64,000 nt of DNA from a virus (IMGVR_UViG_3300030332_001481:131486-195485), one strand, 5' to 3'. Shown: positions 36,586 through 46,111, numbered from the stretch's first letter. Program-made: numbers and translations. Notes: a model not told the origin generated them from the sequence alone.

Positions 36586-37305
36586 ATGAGAATCCCCGAG
36601 AAGTGGATGCGCCACATGCTAGACGTGGTGGCGAGCAAAGCCCCCGAAGGTGAAGACATCGAAGTCAAGTTCGCCTCGGAGGGCGGGAACCTTCTAGTGG
36701 TGTCCAGGAAGTGCACCGGGGTGGGCGATGATGGGTCGCCGGTCTACGCCTGGGAGCTTCAACCCGACCCGGAGGATGAGTTTGGCCCAGCCAAGCAGCG
36801 GATTATGCGTGCGGCAAAGGAGCAGTCGCCGCGTGAGGCAATCCGTACGCTTGGCAAGTGCTGGTCTGACCTGGATGCCATCAGTACGATGGCGGAGGCG
36901 CAAACACGCATCGTCCTCAGGAAGATGGAGGACCCGGAACTGGCTCCCATTCCTCCTGGCCTGGCAGGGGCGTGGCTACATTCCTCGCTATATGCGGTGG
37001 ACAACACCGCGAAGCTGGCAGTGCGTGCAGCACTTCACGCTTTGGGAGATTTGGGAGAGCGCAAGCTGTCGGTACAAATCTGTCGAATGGCAGGAGGCAA
37101 GGCAGAGGTCGAGTGGTGGGACGTCAGAGAGTCAGAGCTAGTTTCTAGCTGGATATTCTACCCGTCGGAACTGAGGTGGCCAGGTCTACGGGCCAAGGTT
37201 TACTCACCAAGTGAGCCAGGATCGTTTCGACTGATCTCGAAGAGATTCTACAACGCCTTCGATCTCATCGACGACCTCTGTGCCGCAGCTGCACAACCGG
37301 AGTAG
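36586..37305 (+). CDS. hypothetical protein
   Basis: 239-aa ORF. Confidence 0.7.
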   Translation: MRIPEKWMRHMLDVVASKAPEGEDIEVKFASEGGNLLVVSRKCTGVGDDGSPVYAWELQPDPEDEFGPAKQRIMRAAKEQSPREAIRTLGKCWSDLDAISTMAEAQTRIVLRKMEDPELAPIPPGLAGAWLHSSLYAVDNTAKLAVRAALHALGDLGERKLSVQICRMAGGKAEVEWWDVRESELVSSWIFYPSELRWPGLRAKVYSPSEPGSFRLISKRFYNAFDLIDDLCAAAAQPE

Positions 37306-37312
37306 GATAGTC

Positions 37313-37624
37313 ATGTGTATGCAGCCAAAGTGCGAGCATCTCTGGGAGCCCCTTCCTAGATGGCAGGCCCGGTATCGGTGTACACACTGCCGAGTGATTG
37401 CTTGGCGCCCGAAGCTGGCGTGCGGCTCTGGGTCCGCCGAGATCACACCACTCAAGTGTTCCTGGAAGTCTCGACGGTCAGAGCCCGCTTGCCACAACCC
37501 GGCTACTCACGTTCGCAAGGATGTGAAACATCGGAGAACGCATACGTGCGATGCCTGCCTGCTCAAGTGGGAGGAGAAGCAGCTCCAAAAGTACGGCTAC
37601 GTCCCTGACGACTCTACTTGGTAA
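37313..37624 (+). CDS. Cys/His-rich Zn-finger protein
   Basis: CxxxxCxH, CTHC, CDAC motifs. Confidence 0.6.
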   Translation: MCMQPKCEHLWEPLPRWQARYRCTHCRVIAWRPKLACGSGSAEITPLKCSWKSRRSEPACHNPATHVRKDVKHRRTHTCDACLLKWEEKQLQKYGYVPDDSTW

Positions 37625-37681
37625 TACCAGCAAAGACGAGAACCTAGAAACTCACACTGTGTGAGTAGAAAGAAAACAATC

Positions 37682-38656
37682 ATGAGTAAAACCACCAGAT
37701 ACGAGAAGCGAACCGACATCCACCGTGTGGGTGCCATCGTCCCCGCAGACTACGAGTACCTCAGGAGCTACTCCCTAGCTGGGTCGGAGGGAGGCTGGCC
37801 CGTCCCTGCGTACGGGATCAACTGCGAGCTGGACTACCGGACGGAGAACAAGAAGACGGGTGAGATCAAGAACGGCGAGCACCGGGCCGACGGTCGGTGC
37901 TGCGTGATCGGTTTCTTGCATCACTCGGGACTGAACCGCCCGCCCAAGGGAGCCCCGGGAACCTGCACGGTGTGCGGAACCTGGCACCGGCACGGAGATA
38001 TCTGGCTGCACAAGCCCACCGACACGTTCATCTTCGTGGGGCACCAGTGTGCGGACAAGTACGAACTCATCGCAGACCGGCAGCAGTGGGAGCGTGATCT
38101 GGGCAACGTCCGTGAGCGGTCTGCACGGGAACACGCGATTGCCATGCGACAGGAAGAGCGGGAAGACTACCTCGCTGCTACTCCGAAGGTCGCCGCTGCC
38201 CTGGCCTGTGATGGGGTCGAGAAGCTCGTGCAGATCCGAGAAGCGTTCATGCACTCTCGGTACACTTCCCTGACGGAGAAGCAGGAGAAGTACGTGCTCG
38301 CCCTGCACCACCGCTTCCTGCACCCCGAGGAGGAGAAGCCCAAGGTTCCGGCGCAGATCGAGGAGGGCAAGCGCCAGGTCATCGAGGGCACGATCATCTC
38401 TGTAAAGGAGAGGGAGGACCTCTACCGTGGTGGGGTCAGCTACAAGATGACGATGTCCATCCCGCACGGGGAAGGAGAGTGGCTGTGCTGGGGCACCGCA
38501 CCCGCGGCGCTCTGGCCCATCCCGGAGGGGAAGCAGCACCGCGGCTCGAAGATCCGCATCAAGACCCGACTGAAGCAGGGACGCGATGAGTATTTCGCGC
38601 TGTCTTCCAGGCCCTCCCTGGTCGACGTCATCGAGTGGGCGAACGCAGAAGAATAG
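37682..38656 (+). CDS. Zn-finger plus C-terminal OB-fold-like protein
   Basis: CTVCG...H, GHQCA; VIEGTIISVK...WGTAP...SRP. Confidence 0.7.
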   Translation: MSKTTRYEKRTDIHRVGAIVPADYEYLRSYSLAGSEGGWPVPAYGINCELDYRTENKKTGEIKNGEHRADGRCCVIGFLHHSGLNRPPKGAPGTCTVCGTWHRHGDIWLHKPTDTFIFVGHQCADKYELIADRQQWERDLGNVRERSAREHAIAMRQEEREDYLAATPKVAAALACDGVEKLVQIREAFMHSRYTSLTEKQEKYVLALHHRFLHPEEEKPKVPAQIEEGKRQVIEGTIISVKEREDLYRGGVSYKMTMSIPHGEGEWLCWGTAPAALWPIPEGKQHRGSKIRIKTRLKQGRDEYFALSSRPSLVDVIEWANAEE

Positions 38657-38673
38657 AGTCTTGAGGAGCACAC

Positions 38674-38874
38674 ATGAAAGCCCTGTACGAAACTTACACA
38701 GCTCACTGTCATGTGTGTGAAACACAGCTTCAGTTCACTTGGGACGACGTGACGTATAACCGGTGGCAGGCCGCTCACTTGATTGAGTGTGTGGCCTGCC
38801 GCGCGGACATTGAAGTGGCAGGCCCAGGCTCCGACGCCGAGGCCATCAAGGAAGTTCGTACGAGGTTCAAATGA
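38674..38874 (+). CDS. small Zn-ribbon protein
   Basis: GAGGAG SD; CHVC...CVAC. Confidence 0.65.
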   Translation: MKALYETYTAHCHVCETQLQFTWDDVTYNRWQAAHLIECVACRADIEVAGPGSDAEAIKEVRTRFK

Positions 38875-39128
38875 CGATGCTAATCGATATCGAAAGAGAC
38901 GATGAAAAGAAGGTCGAAGTAGACTCTCTGCCATTTGGACAGGTGTTCAAAATCGGTGAAGCCTGCTACGTGAAAGTCAGTACCGTCAACCCCCATTTCA
39001 ACGAAAACTTGGCGATTATCCTGCACTCCCCGACCAACCCATCACGAGTATTCTCGCCCCAGTACCTAGACAAGAAGCAAAAGGTAATCCCCCACGAGTC
39101 TACGCTTCACGTCGGGAAGGTGAAGTAA
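38871..39128 (+). CDS. hypothetical protein
   Basis: ATGA overlap. Confidence 0.65.
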   Translation: MTMLIDIERDDEKKVEVDSLPFGQVFKIGEACYVKVSTVNPHFNENLAIILHSPTNPSRVFSPQYLDKKQKVIPHESTLHVGKVK

Positions 39129-39214
39129 TGGACTGGTCATGGTTTGACGAGATGTGGTGGCAGTGGGATGAGCAGCATGTGCCTCCACACCATGGGGACG
39201 ACGACGAGGAGTAG
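39128..39214 (+). CDS. 28-aa Trp-rich/acidic mini-ORF (not in track)
   Basis: TAATG overlap; MDWSWFDEMWWQWDEQHVPPHHGDDDEE*. Confidence 0.45.
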   Translation: MDWSWFDEMWWQWDEQHVPPHHGDDDEE

Positions 39215-39218
39215 TCCA

Positions 39219-39470
39219 GTGTACGATCCGAACAACAGTGAGGTTGATTTCTACGCAGCAGACTTTGTCTGGGGATGCGAGCAGTACCTGCGGGGGAATC
39301 TAATCTCACTGGTCTACAAGCTCACCTACTTCAAGAGATCGGCCACGCCACCTGATGCGAGCGGGTTCGAGCGCGAGCTTCAGAAGCTGATGCGTGACAA
39401 GGGCATCACCTTGGAGCGTATGACCTTCGCGGAGTTCGCAAGACGTGCGTACGACGCGGTGACTAAGTAA
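39219..39470 (+). CDS. hypothetical protein
   Basis: GAGGAG SD before GTG 39219. Confidence 0.6.
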   Translation: MYDPNNSEVDFYAADFVWGCEQYLRGNLISLVYKLTYFKRSATPPDASGFERELQKLMRDKGITLERMTFAEFARRAYDAVTK

Positions 39471-39471
39471 C

Positions 39472-39489
39472 CCAACCCTGGCCACACTA
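39472..39489 (+). promoter_or_regulatory. repeat motif copy 12 (variant CACACT)
   Basis: CCAACCCTGGCCACACTA, 1 nt after upstream TAA. Confidence 0.75.
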
Positions 39490-39528
39490 AGCATGGAAGC
39501 CGAAACCACCAAGCTCAAAGGAAAGAAC

Positions 39529-39903
39529 ATGGCAGTCAAGGTACACAAGTTCGAAGTGGTCATCGTCGACACCGACAACGTCGGGCCTGCGAAGCTCGTG
39601 GCAGACCTGGAGACGTCTGACATCGTCCGTGTGATGGACCGCGAAACGATCGAGGTCGACGGCTCGACCCCCTTCAATCACAACGACTATCGGAGACTCT
39701 TTCCGAAGACGAAGGTCACCCCAGAGCAGATGGAAGACCTGAAGGGGCTGGCCGCCGACCTGGAGGAGGCGGCCAAGCCGTTCTATACCTTCAACCTGAA
39801 CAGCCTGGCGATCGGAAGCCTCAGCTCGAAGGCGGAGAAGGTCTACAACACGAGCTTGCACGTGGCGAGGTTCATGCGCTGGCTCGCAGGCGAAGAAGAC
39901 TAA
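39529..39903 (+). CDS. hypothetical protein
   Basis: AAAGGAAAG before ATG 39529. Confidence 0.7.
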   Translation: MAVKVHKFEVVIVDTDNVGPAKLVADLETSDIVRVMDRETIEVDGSTPFNHNDYRRLFPKTKVTPEQMEDLKGLAADLEEAAKPFYTFNLNSLAIGSLSSKAEKVYNTSLHVARFMRWLAGEED

Positions 39904-39934
39904 CCAACCCGCAGAAACCACAAGGAAATAACCA

Positions 39935-40561
39935 ATGACCTGTGACATGATCAAGGTTCAGTACACCTCCCAGGAACGAGAGTTCGATTCCCTGGAGGAG
40001 GCCGCACAGTTTCTCTCCAGGCTGGGTCAGCGCCCCAGCCTCGACGGGGAGGAGATCAGCATCGAGTACCTCGACGACGAGCACGGCCCACTTCACTCGG
40101 AGACGTGGCTGTGTCTCCAGGACTACGGGGACAGCGAGTTCAAGATCAGCCCGTGGGCCGACACGGGAGACTTCGACAGGGACTGCTTCTTCCTTGATAT
40201 CACGGACGAGGAAGAGATCGAAGACGCCCTGGAGCACTTCAGCAGCCGGGGGCTAAGGTCCAACCTTAGGAGAGATCGCATGGTACCTTTCCCAATTCGC
40301 ACCACAGAAGATGAACTCATCCTAGTCGCTGTCAAAGTCCAGGACTTTCCGGTGGGGGCCCTGCTCTTTGATGGGAAAGCCCTTCACAGGGTGACTCAAG
40401 TCACTCGCACCAAAGACGGCATGGTCTTTCTCTCCTTTGAAGGGGAGTTCTCCGTTGAAGGGGAGAACAAGACCATGTCGAGAGGCAGGGGCGCCCGGGT
40501 TCCGCTAGTGGCAGGGGTTAGAAACGCTCTACTAGTGGGCCTCCTCCACTACGAAGGCTAA
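39935..40561 (+). CDS. acidic hypothetical protein
   Basis: AAGGA SD, ACCA-rich leader. Confidence 0.7.
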   Translation: MTCDMIKVQYTSQEREFDSLEEAAQFLSRLGQRPSLDGEEISIEYLDDEHGPLHSETWLCLQDYGDSEFKISPWADTGDFDRDCFFLDITDEEEIEDALEHFSSRGLRSNLRRDRMVPFPIRTTEDELILVAVKVQDFPVGALLFDGKALHRVTQVTRTKDGMVFLSFEGEFSVEGENKTMSRGRGARVPLVAGVRNALLVGLLHYEG

Positions 40562-40564
40562 GTC

Positions 40565-40582
40565 CCAACCCTGGCCATACTA
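40565..40582 (+). promoter_or_regulatory. repeat motif copy 13
   Basis: exact motif; GAAA-tetraloop hairpin 40586-40611. Confidence 0.8.
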
Positions 40583-40639
40583 GAAGGGGTCGGCGGGAAA
40601 CCGTCGGCCCCTTCGAGAGTTAATCAGAAAGGATGAGCA

Positions 40640-41014
40640 ATGGCAAGTCGACAGAAGGTTACGTCCACGCCTGAGGAAAACCACCTTTGGCAGTGGCTCC
40701 TCAAGAATCGGCCCAACAAGAAGGGTCATCTCTACATTCAAGGAGAGAGAACCCGTTCGGAAGTCTCTCCTTACGAACTGTCCTTCGCTGACAAGAACTT
40801 CGTTTTCCTCATCGAAGTTCATGAGGATGAAGAGAAGCCGAGTGATTTCACGGTTACGTTCTGGACCGTGGCGTATGTCGGCGACCCTCATGGGAAGAGC
40901 GGTAACTACTATTACCACTCCTATGCTGGTTCGATTGGCGGAGACACCAGAAATCTTCAGGAAATCCACCGCAAGGGCGGTCTCCAGATTGACACGTTCT
41001 ACAACGACGACTGA
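40640..41014 (+). CDS. hypothetical protein
   Basis: AGAAAGGA SD. Confidence 0.7.
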   Translation: MASRQKVTSTPEENHLWQWLLKNRPNKKGHLYIQGERTRSEVSPYELSFADKNFVFLIEVHEDEEKPSDFTVTFWTVAYVGDPHGKSGNYYYHSYAGSIGGDTRNLQEIHRKGGLQIDTFYNDD

Positions 41015-41022
41015 GAGGTACC

Positions 41023-41229
41023 ATGAGCACACGACGACGGCTTCGAATGAGAGATGAGAGAGGGCGTCGCTTGCGTGGGTACTTCTTTCTTTACCACGAT
41101 TTACCAATCATCTCCTTCCATCGCACGAAGCGCTTAGCGAAGAAGATGGCGGATAGACGAGCGCGAGAAGTGATGGAAGAGGATCGCAGGCGCATTGAAG
41201 AAGAGAAAGAGGACGCATACCATGAGTGA
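41023..41229 (+). CDS. small basic protein
   Basis: GAGGT SD. Confidence 0.6.
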   Translation: MSTRRRLRMRDERGRRLRGYFFLYHDLPIISFHRTKRLAKKMADRRAREVMEEDRRRIEEEKEDAYHE

Positions 41230-41623
41230 GTACCCGCTAGGCGACCAGAGAAACAAGCGCCCCACGCACGAGATGGGCAATGGGGCTGACGTATTCGTAG
41301 CTGAGAAGTCCGATGGTGCCCTCATCGAACTGCTTGGTGGGGAGTACAACAACCAGGTCATGCTCTCTAGTTCTCAGCTCGGCGAGCTGAAGAAGTTCTA
41401 CGGGTTCGACGAGAGCGAAAACCACCCCCTCATCAAGTCCGGTGATGTTCGCAACCTGTTTCGTCAGGTGGAGATCGACGGGGTGAGGATCATGGCTTTC
41501 CTAGCCAAGCACGGCCTTCTCGAACAGGGAGAGGATCCTGTTCGGTCGCTGGCGTGGGCCATCGACCAGGAACTCTACCGAACCACGCCCGACATCTGGA
41601 ACGAGGGAGAAGAGGACGAATGA
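41222..41623 (+). CDS. hypothetical protein
   Basis: AGAGGA SD before ATG 41222. Confidence 0.65.
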   Translation: MSEYPLGDQRNKRPTHEMGNGADVFVAEKSDGALIELLGGEYNNQVMLSSSQLGELKKFYGFDESENHPLIKSGDVRNLFRQVEIDGVRIMAFLAKHGLLEQGEDPVRSLAWAIDQELYRTTPDIWNEGEEDE

Positions 41624-41904
41624 CCACTACATTCTACGGAAAAGAGTTCGACACTGTGGGGGAAGAGAACGAGAAGCTCCTCGACGCTGCCCTGGTGGCC
41701 TACCAAGAGAGCTTCACTTACACCTCGGAGTGCTGTGCGGCCGAGAGCACCAGGCTCATCAGCCCCAACACGTTCCGGTGCGAGAACTGCGACTCCCTGA
41801 CCCGCAGCGTGATCACGATGGCGGAGGCGCGTGACCTCCTGGCCTTCTTCGCTGCGGACCTCCTCACCAACACCAAAAAGAAGCAGAGTAAGGAAAACAC
41901 ATGA
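41620..41904 (+). CDS. Zn-ribbon protein
   Basis: SECC...CENC; ATGA overlap. Confidence 0.65.
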   Translation: MTTTFYGKEFDTVGEENEKLLDAALVAYQESFTYTSECCAAESTRLISPNTFRCENCDSLTRSVITMAEARDLLAFFAADLLTNTKKKQSKENT

Positions 41905-42464
41905 GCTTCGCAATCATGTACAAGATCAATCCGGACGGGACCCTCGAAGGAGCAGCGGGGTACCAGAACGCCCATGGGTTCGCGGCATTCGTCTGGACCT
42001 CGCTCGTCGAGCGTTACGGGCTGACGGAGGATCAGTGGCGGGCCGACAAGACCTTCGAAAAGGAGCCGATGGACTACGGTATGTTCGGTTCCTGGAGGTA
42101 CGTCTGGCACCTGCACGCCCAGGGAAAGCTGGGACTCGCGCCGTGGGAGCACAACGTTCTCATGGCCACCTACGACCGGTACATGGTAAAGGCCGAGGAC
42201 TTCCAGGTCTTTGCGGACTCCCTGGAAACCTTTGCCGCGGAGCACAACGATGAAGGCAAGCGTGTCTGTCACCTGAAGACGATGGCGGATGACGTTCGCA
42301 AGCTCATCGATTCGGATGCGATCGGGGTGTGCTGGTGGCCGATGAATGTGTCCGATAACCTTTGGTCGACCTACGACTACGAGACGGACGAGTCGGTCTG
42401 GTACAACTTTGTCGATGAGGACAACCACACCGTGGCGAAGATCCTCACGCAGGAGAACTCATGA
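41901..42464 (+). CDS. hypothetical protein
   Basis: AAGGA SD, 187 aa. Confidence 0.75.
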   Translation: MSFAIMYKINPDGTLEGAAGYQNAHGFAAFVWTSLVERYGLTEDQWRADKTFEKEPMDYGMFGSWRYVWHLHAQGKLGLAPWEHNVLMATYDRYMVKAEDFQVFADSLETFAAEHNDEGKRVCHLKTMADDVRKLIDSDAIGVCWWPMNVSDNLWSTYDYETDESVWYNFVDEDNHTVAKILTQENS

Positions 42465-43015
42465 AGCTATACCAACTCAAGGTGAGGCGAACAGAGGATC
42501 AACCGGAAGGGGCAAACTTCGACGAGTGGTTCACGTCTCTGGAGAAGGCCAAGAGTAGGCGGAAGAAGCTGATCAAGGAGCGGGCGGACAGGACATCCAA
42601 CTATCTCGTGGGCCACGACTTCGAGATCTACCGCGTGCTTGTCAAGGAAATGAGCCCTCGTAGTCTACTGCTGGCAGCGCTGAACGGCAAAGCGTTCGCT
42701 ACTCACAGTGAGCAGGTGGTCGCCCCCTACGACCCTGAGGACCGCGAGGGGCAGGGCTGGCGAAACAGGTGGGAGTTGGGTGGGTTTTCGCCCAACTGGC
42801 TCCAGCTGAATTCGCGATTCGACCGGGAAATCGGGCTGGCTCTGAGCCGGTACGCGTACCGGTACACACTCAACTATGGGCAACACATTGCTCACCAATT
42901 CGAGGGCCCAGTGATCGGGCGGGGTGATAGAATCAGGGAAGACGAAGACCTCATCGAGAAGGCTGTAGAGTGGGCTGAGAACCTCATCGGAGAAAAGCAT
43001 GAACAACGACAGTAA
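42461..43015 (+). CDS. hypothetical protein
   Basis: AGGAG SD, ATGA overlap. Confidence 0.7.
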   Translation: MKLYQLKVRRTEDQPEGANFDEWFTSLEKAKSRRKKLIKERADRTSNYLVGHDFEIYRVLVKEMSPRSLLLAALNGKAFATHSEQVVAPYDPEDREGQGWRNRWELGGFSPNWLQLNSRFDREIGLALSRYAYRYTLNYGQHIAHQFEGPVIGRGDRIREDEDLIEKAVEWAENLIGEKHEQRQ

Positions 43016-43364
43016 CGTAAACGTAAACCGGTACTTCAAGGACAGCAACGTAAAGCGGTACTTCAACTGGCGGCGAGAGCTAAAGTTGATGGACATTCAG
43101 ATCGAGACTATCGAGCAGGAGCTGGAGGCGTTGCGCGAGTCCAAGAATATCCAAGAGAACCTGTGGCTCACGTGCGACCACATCTGCAACAGGTACACGT
43201 TCGAGAACCGCGACACCTGGACTCGAAACAGCCTTCTCGATGAGGTGACCGCTGTTCTGGGTGGTTGTATGTCGGAGAGCGAAGAGTTCATCGACTCTCA
43301 CTTCACCAAGAACGCCACGTACAAGTGGGACGCGGATGACCGTCTAGCTCGCACCCCGGTATGA
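42999..43364 (+). CDS. hypothetical protein with N-terminal DSNV..RYF duplication
   Basis: GGAG SD. Confidence 0.65.
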   Translation: MNNDSNVNVNRYFKDSNVKRYFNWRRELKLMDIQIETIEQELEALRESKNIQENLWLTCDHICNRYTFENRDTWTRNSLLDEVTAVLGGCMSESEEFIDSHFTKNATYKWDADDRLARTPV

Positions 43365-43371
43365 TATCACG

Positions 43372-43626
43372 ATGCTAAGAAAATGTCGCCTGATTATCGC
43401 TATCGCCCCCTTACTATTACTCGCCACAGGGTGTTTTACCAACGGTAGGACCGTCGCCCGAGCAGTTGCGCACAGTTTGGCTGCGACAGGGGAGGCGCTA
43501 AGTTGTCCGGGCGGCAGAACAACGAGAGGCTACTGCTGTACTCAGGGTTGCTCCTGCGGTGGTTCATGTATCAACTGTGGGTATACTTGTCACCGTGACG
43601 TCTATGGGCGTTACTGGTACCAATAA
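43372..43626 (+). CDS. small Cys-rich lipoprotein
   Basis: signal peptide with lipobox LATGC; CCTQGCSCGGSCINCGYTCH. Confidence 0.6.
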   Translation: MLRKCRLIIAIAPLLLLATGCFTNGRTVARAVAHSLAATGEALSCPGGRTTRGYCCTQGCSCGGSCINCGYTCHRDVYGRYWYQ

Positions 43627-43642
43627 AGAGAGAACTGATGGC

Positions 43643-43945
43643 ATGGCTGAGCGGAAAGAGATGGTGAACTTCAGGGCTAGCCCTCGTCTCGCCGAGGCTA
43701 TTCGAGAGGCCGCCCAGAAGTCCTCCGTGTCTACTTCCACGTGGCTTCGTGCTGTAGTAGCAGAAGCTGCGGGGAGGCCGGACCTGGCAGGAGAAGAGGG
43801 GGCGAAGATTCTTCAGACCCCCGCACGACCGTTCAACGAACAGCTCGACGAGCAGATTCGCGAGATTCAGCAACACGCCCGTGGAATCGAATGGGCTGCG
43901 AACAGCTTGAGACTACTCAATAACCCAGACAGAAACAACCACTAA
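43643..43945 (+). CDS. ribbon-helix-helix (CopG/Arc-like) regulator
   Basis: MVNFRASPRLAEAIREAAQKSSVSTSTWLRAVV. Confidence 0.7.
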   Translation: MAERKEMVNFRASPRLAEAIREAAQKSSVSTSTWLRAVVAEAAGRPDLAGEEGAKILQTPARPFNEQLDEQIREIQQHARGIEWAANSLRLLNNPDRNNH

Positions 43946-43962
43946 CCAGAAAAGAAACCACC

Positions 43963-44421
43963 ATGCAAAAGAATCCTCCCACCTGGCACACAGGCATCAA
44001 GCACACCGCCACGCTCTACACCCTCAGCCGTGCTCGGCAGGGGAGCGCGGAGCCGCCCAAGTTTCTCTACGCCAGCACCACCTCGGGGGCCGTCATCAAC
44101 ATGACCCGGGCAGGGGTCGGTCCTCGCGGGGAGTACGACGTGCTCGGCGAGATCATGAGCTGCGATGGCGACTCTTTCGAAGAGGCGATGACCAACCTTC
44201 GGCAGACGCTGCTGGTTCACCCGCTGTTCGAGTGGGCCCGCGTCTGGGTCTGTAACAGCCGCTGGGCGCACGAGACGACGCACCTGCTGCGACGGTACAA
44301 CGAGGACGGGTACCTCTCCAAGCGCCTACAAGAGTGGGACCCCGACGTCTGGGAGCGACCCGAGTGGGCCAAGGACTTCAAGTACCCCTGGACCCAGCCC
44401 GATCCCGCGTACCTCCTGTAA
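43963..44421 (+). CDS. hypothetical protein
   Basis: AAAGAAACCACC-ATG leader. Confidence 0.7.
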   Translation: MQKNPPTWHTGIKHTATLYTLSRARQGSAEPPKFLYASTTSGAVINMTRAGVGPRGEYDVLGEIMSCDGDSFEEAMTNLRQTLLVHPLFEWARVWVCNSRWAHETTHLLRRYNEDGYLSKRLQEWDPDVWERPEWAKDFKYPWTQPDPAYLL

Positions 44422-44487
44422 AGCACTCCCTACCACCCCCTACCACCCCTCGCCTGCCACCTTCCACGCGACAACAAGGAGCCTCCC

Positions 44488-45000
44488 ATGGCCAAGAAGA
44501 CGAAGACCAAGAAGTCCAAGAAGCCTTACAAGGTCACGGTGCACAAACCTGACTATGAAGACCTCGAAAGTGACATCATTGACGAGAACGTTGAGATCGC
44601 CATCCAGGCTTTCCAAACCCCCGAAAGCTTTGCTGAGGCACTGTCCGAGGCGTGGGACACCCATGTGCTAGTCCCCGGCGTAGACAGGGAGGACATCGAC
44701 GCATTCGACCATGGTATCATAATCGACGTCACAGGCGAAGGCGAGCTACGGATGTGGGGCACCATAATGGCGCAGCGCTATCGTAACCTCACGGATGAGG
44801 AGAAGAGGGTCCGCGATAAGAAGCGTCAAAAGGAAGAGGCAGAGAAAGAGAAGACGCGCGAGAAAGCACTTGAGCGACGCTTCCGCGCGGCCTTCCAGCA
44901 CCTGGGTGACCTCGTAGAGGAGGACCCCAAGAGGGCCAGCGAGGAGCTGGCCAAGCTACAGAGGCACGTAGCCAAGCTACAGCTGTCCCTGTCCGAGTAA
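44488..45000 (+). CDS. hypothetical protein, basic N-terminus and coiled-coil C-terminus
   Basis: AAGGAG SD. Confidence 0.75.
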   Translation: MAKKTKTKKSKKPYKVTVHKPDYEDLESDIIDENVEIAIQAFQTPESFAEALSEAWDTHVLVPGVDREDIDAFDHGIIIDVTGEGELRMWGTIMAQRYRNLTDEEKRVRDKKRQKEEAEKEKTREKALERRFRAAFQHLGDLVEEDPKRASEELAKLQRHVAKLQLSLSE

Positions 45001-45020
45001 GGGATAAAGGATCGATCATC

Positions 45021-45272
45021 ATGATGACACTGTTGTTGAGTTTGGGCGTTCCCCTGCTGGCCCTCATCGCTGCGTCGGGTGCGATGACCTACGTCATCAA
45101 GCGTAGGCACGCTCGCAATGAGCTGGCGTGGCAGGCACGGGAGCAAGCGGACAAAGAGATGGAGGCCGTCTCTAACCTGGGGTCCAGGATTCTCTACGAC
45201 TCAAGCCTGACGGGCGACGAGTGGGCAGAGATCGACGCCGAGGTAGAGCGCGCAACCAAGACGGGATGGTAG
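45021..45272 (+). CDS. N-terminally membrane-anchored protein
   Basis: TM LLLSLGVPLLALIAASGAMTYVI. Confidence 0.65.
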   Translation: MMTLLLSLGVPLLALIAASGAMTYVIKRRHARNELAWQAREQADKEMEAVSNLGSRILYDSSLTGDEWAEIDAEVERATKTGW

Positions 45273-45277
45273 GGAAG

Positions 45278-45511
45278 ATGAAGAGATTCATGGTGTTCGC
45301 AGGTTCCCACTACTACCCAAGCGGTGGAATGCATGACTTCGCGTCTTCCCACGACACGAGGGACGAGGCAAGAGCCGCTGCGAAGAAAGCAGTGGCGGCA
45401 GGGGAAACAGGAATCCACTTCAATGACTGGGCTCACGTGTACGACAGTGAGACGGGTGCGTGGTGGGACGAGGAATCAGAGGATTGGACAGAGGAAGCAG
45501 AGGAAGTGTGA
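45278..45511 (+). CDS. small phage protein (YYPSGG motif)
   Basis: FMVFAGSHYYPSGGMHDF. Confidence 0.7.
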   Translation: MKRFMVFAGSHYYPSGGMHDFASSHDTRDEARAAAKKAVAAGETGIHFNDWAHVYDSETGAWWDEESEDWTEEAEEV

Positions 45512-45735
45512 AGTTCAAGCTCCTAAACCCTCAGGACCGGTACTCCGACGTGATGGGAGTACCGGTCCCCGAAGACCACTTTCTTCTGGACGTGTTCGCG
45601 AGCTTCCCTCGCAAGCAGCACACCGACCTTGAGCTGAACGAGCAGCACACCGACCTTGAGCTGAACGAGTCTACCGAGGTCGACATCAGCATGGGCAACG
45701 AGACCCGTCACTACGTAGTGGAGCGAGTAGAGTAA
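45508..45735 (+). CDS. small protein with QHTDLELNE tandem duplication
   Basis: GTGA overlap. Confidence 0.65.
   Translation: MKFKLLNPQDRYSDVMGVPVPEDHFLLDVFASFPRKQHTDLELNEQHTDLELNESTEVDISMGNETRHYVVERVE
45614..45667 (+). repeat. 27-nt perfect tandem duplication (in frame)
   Basis: agcagcacaccgaccttgagctgaacg x2. Confidence 0.95.
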
Positions 45736-45746
45736 CCCTTAAGCGG

Positions 45747-45764
45747 CCAACCCTGGCCATACTA
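45747..45764 (+). promoter_or_regulatory. repeat motif copy 14
   Basis: exact motif immediately followed by a perfect palindrome. Confidence 0.8.
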
Positions 45765-45794
45765 GGCTAGGTGGGACGTCCCACCTAGCCTTTT
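45765..45794 (+). terminator. palindrome/hairpin with TTTT
   Basis: ggctaggtgggacgtcccacctagcc + tttt. Confidence 0.5.
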
Positions 45795-45838
45795 CACGTT
45801 CTGCCCCGAAACAATCACCAAGGAACAATGGAACAATC

Positions 45839-46111
45839 ATGACCTACGACATGTACGGACTGCTCAACCTCGACGAAGCCTACATCAAAGCCACCGTGGG
45901 GTGGAAGCGCCTCTACGTCTCGCTGGAGACGAAGTACTACGAGGGCCAGGCCCGAACCCTCCTCGGGAACAAGGCCACGGAGACGGTCTTCCGTGCGATG
46001 CGAAAGCCCGTCTACGGACTCTCGGACATCGAGGAGGCAATGCGAGAGGCGATCGAAGACACCTGCACCCTTCAGCTCAACCTCTTCGGCGGGGAGTTCA
46101 TCGAATGCTGA
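45839..46111 (+). CDS. hypothetical protein
   Basis: GGAAC leader, first gene after motif. Confidence 0.7.
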   Translation: MTYDMYGLLNLDEAYIKATVGWKRLYVSLETKYYEGQARTLLGNKATETVFRAMRKPVYGLSDIEEAMREAIEDTCTLQLNLFGGEFIEC

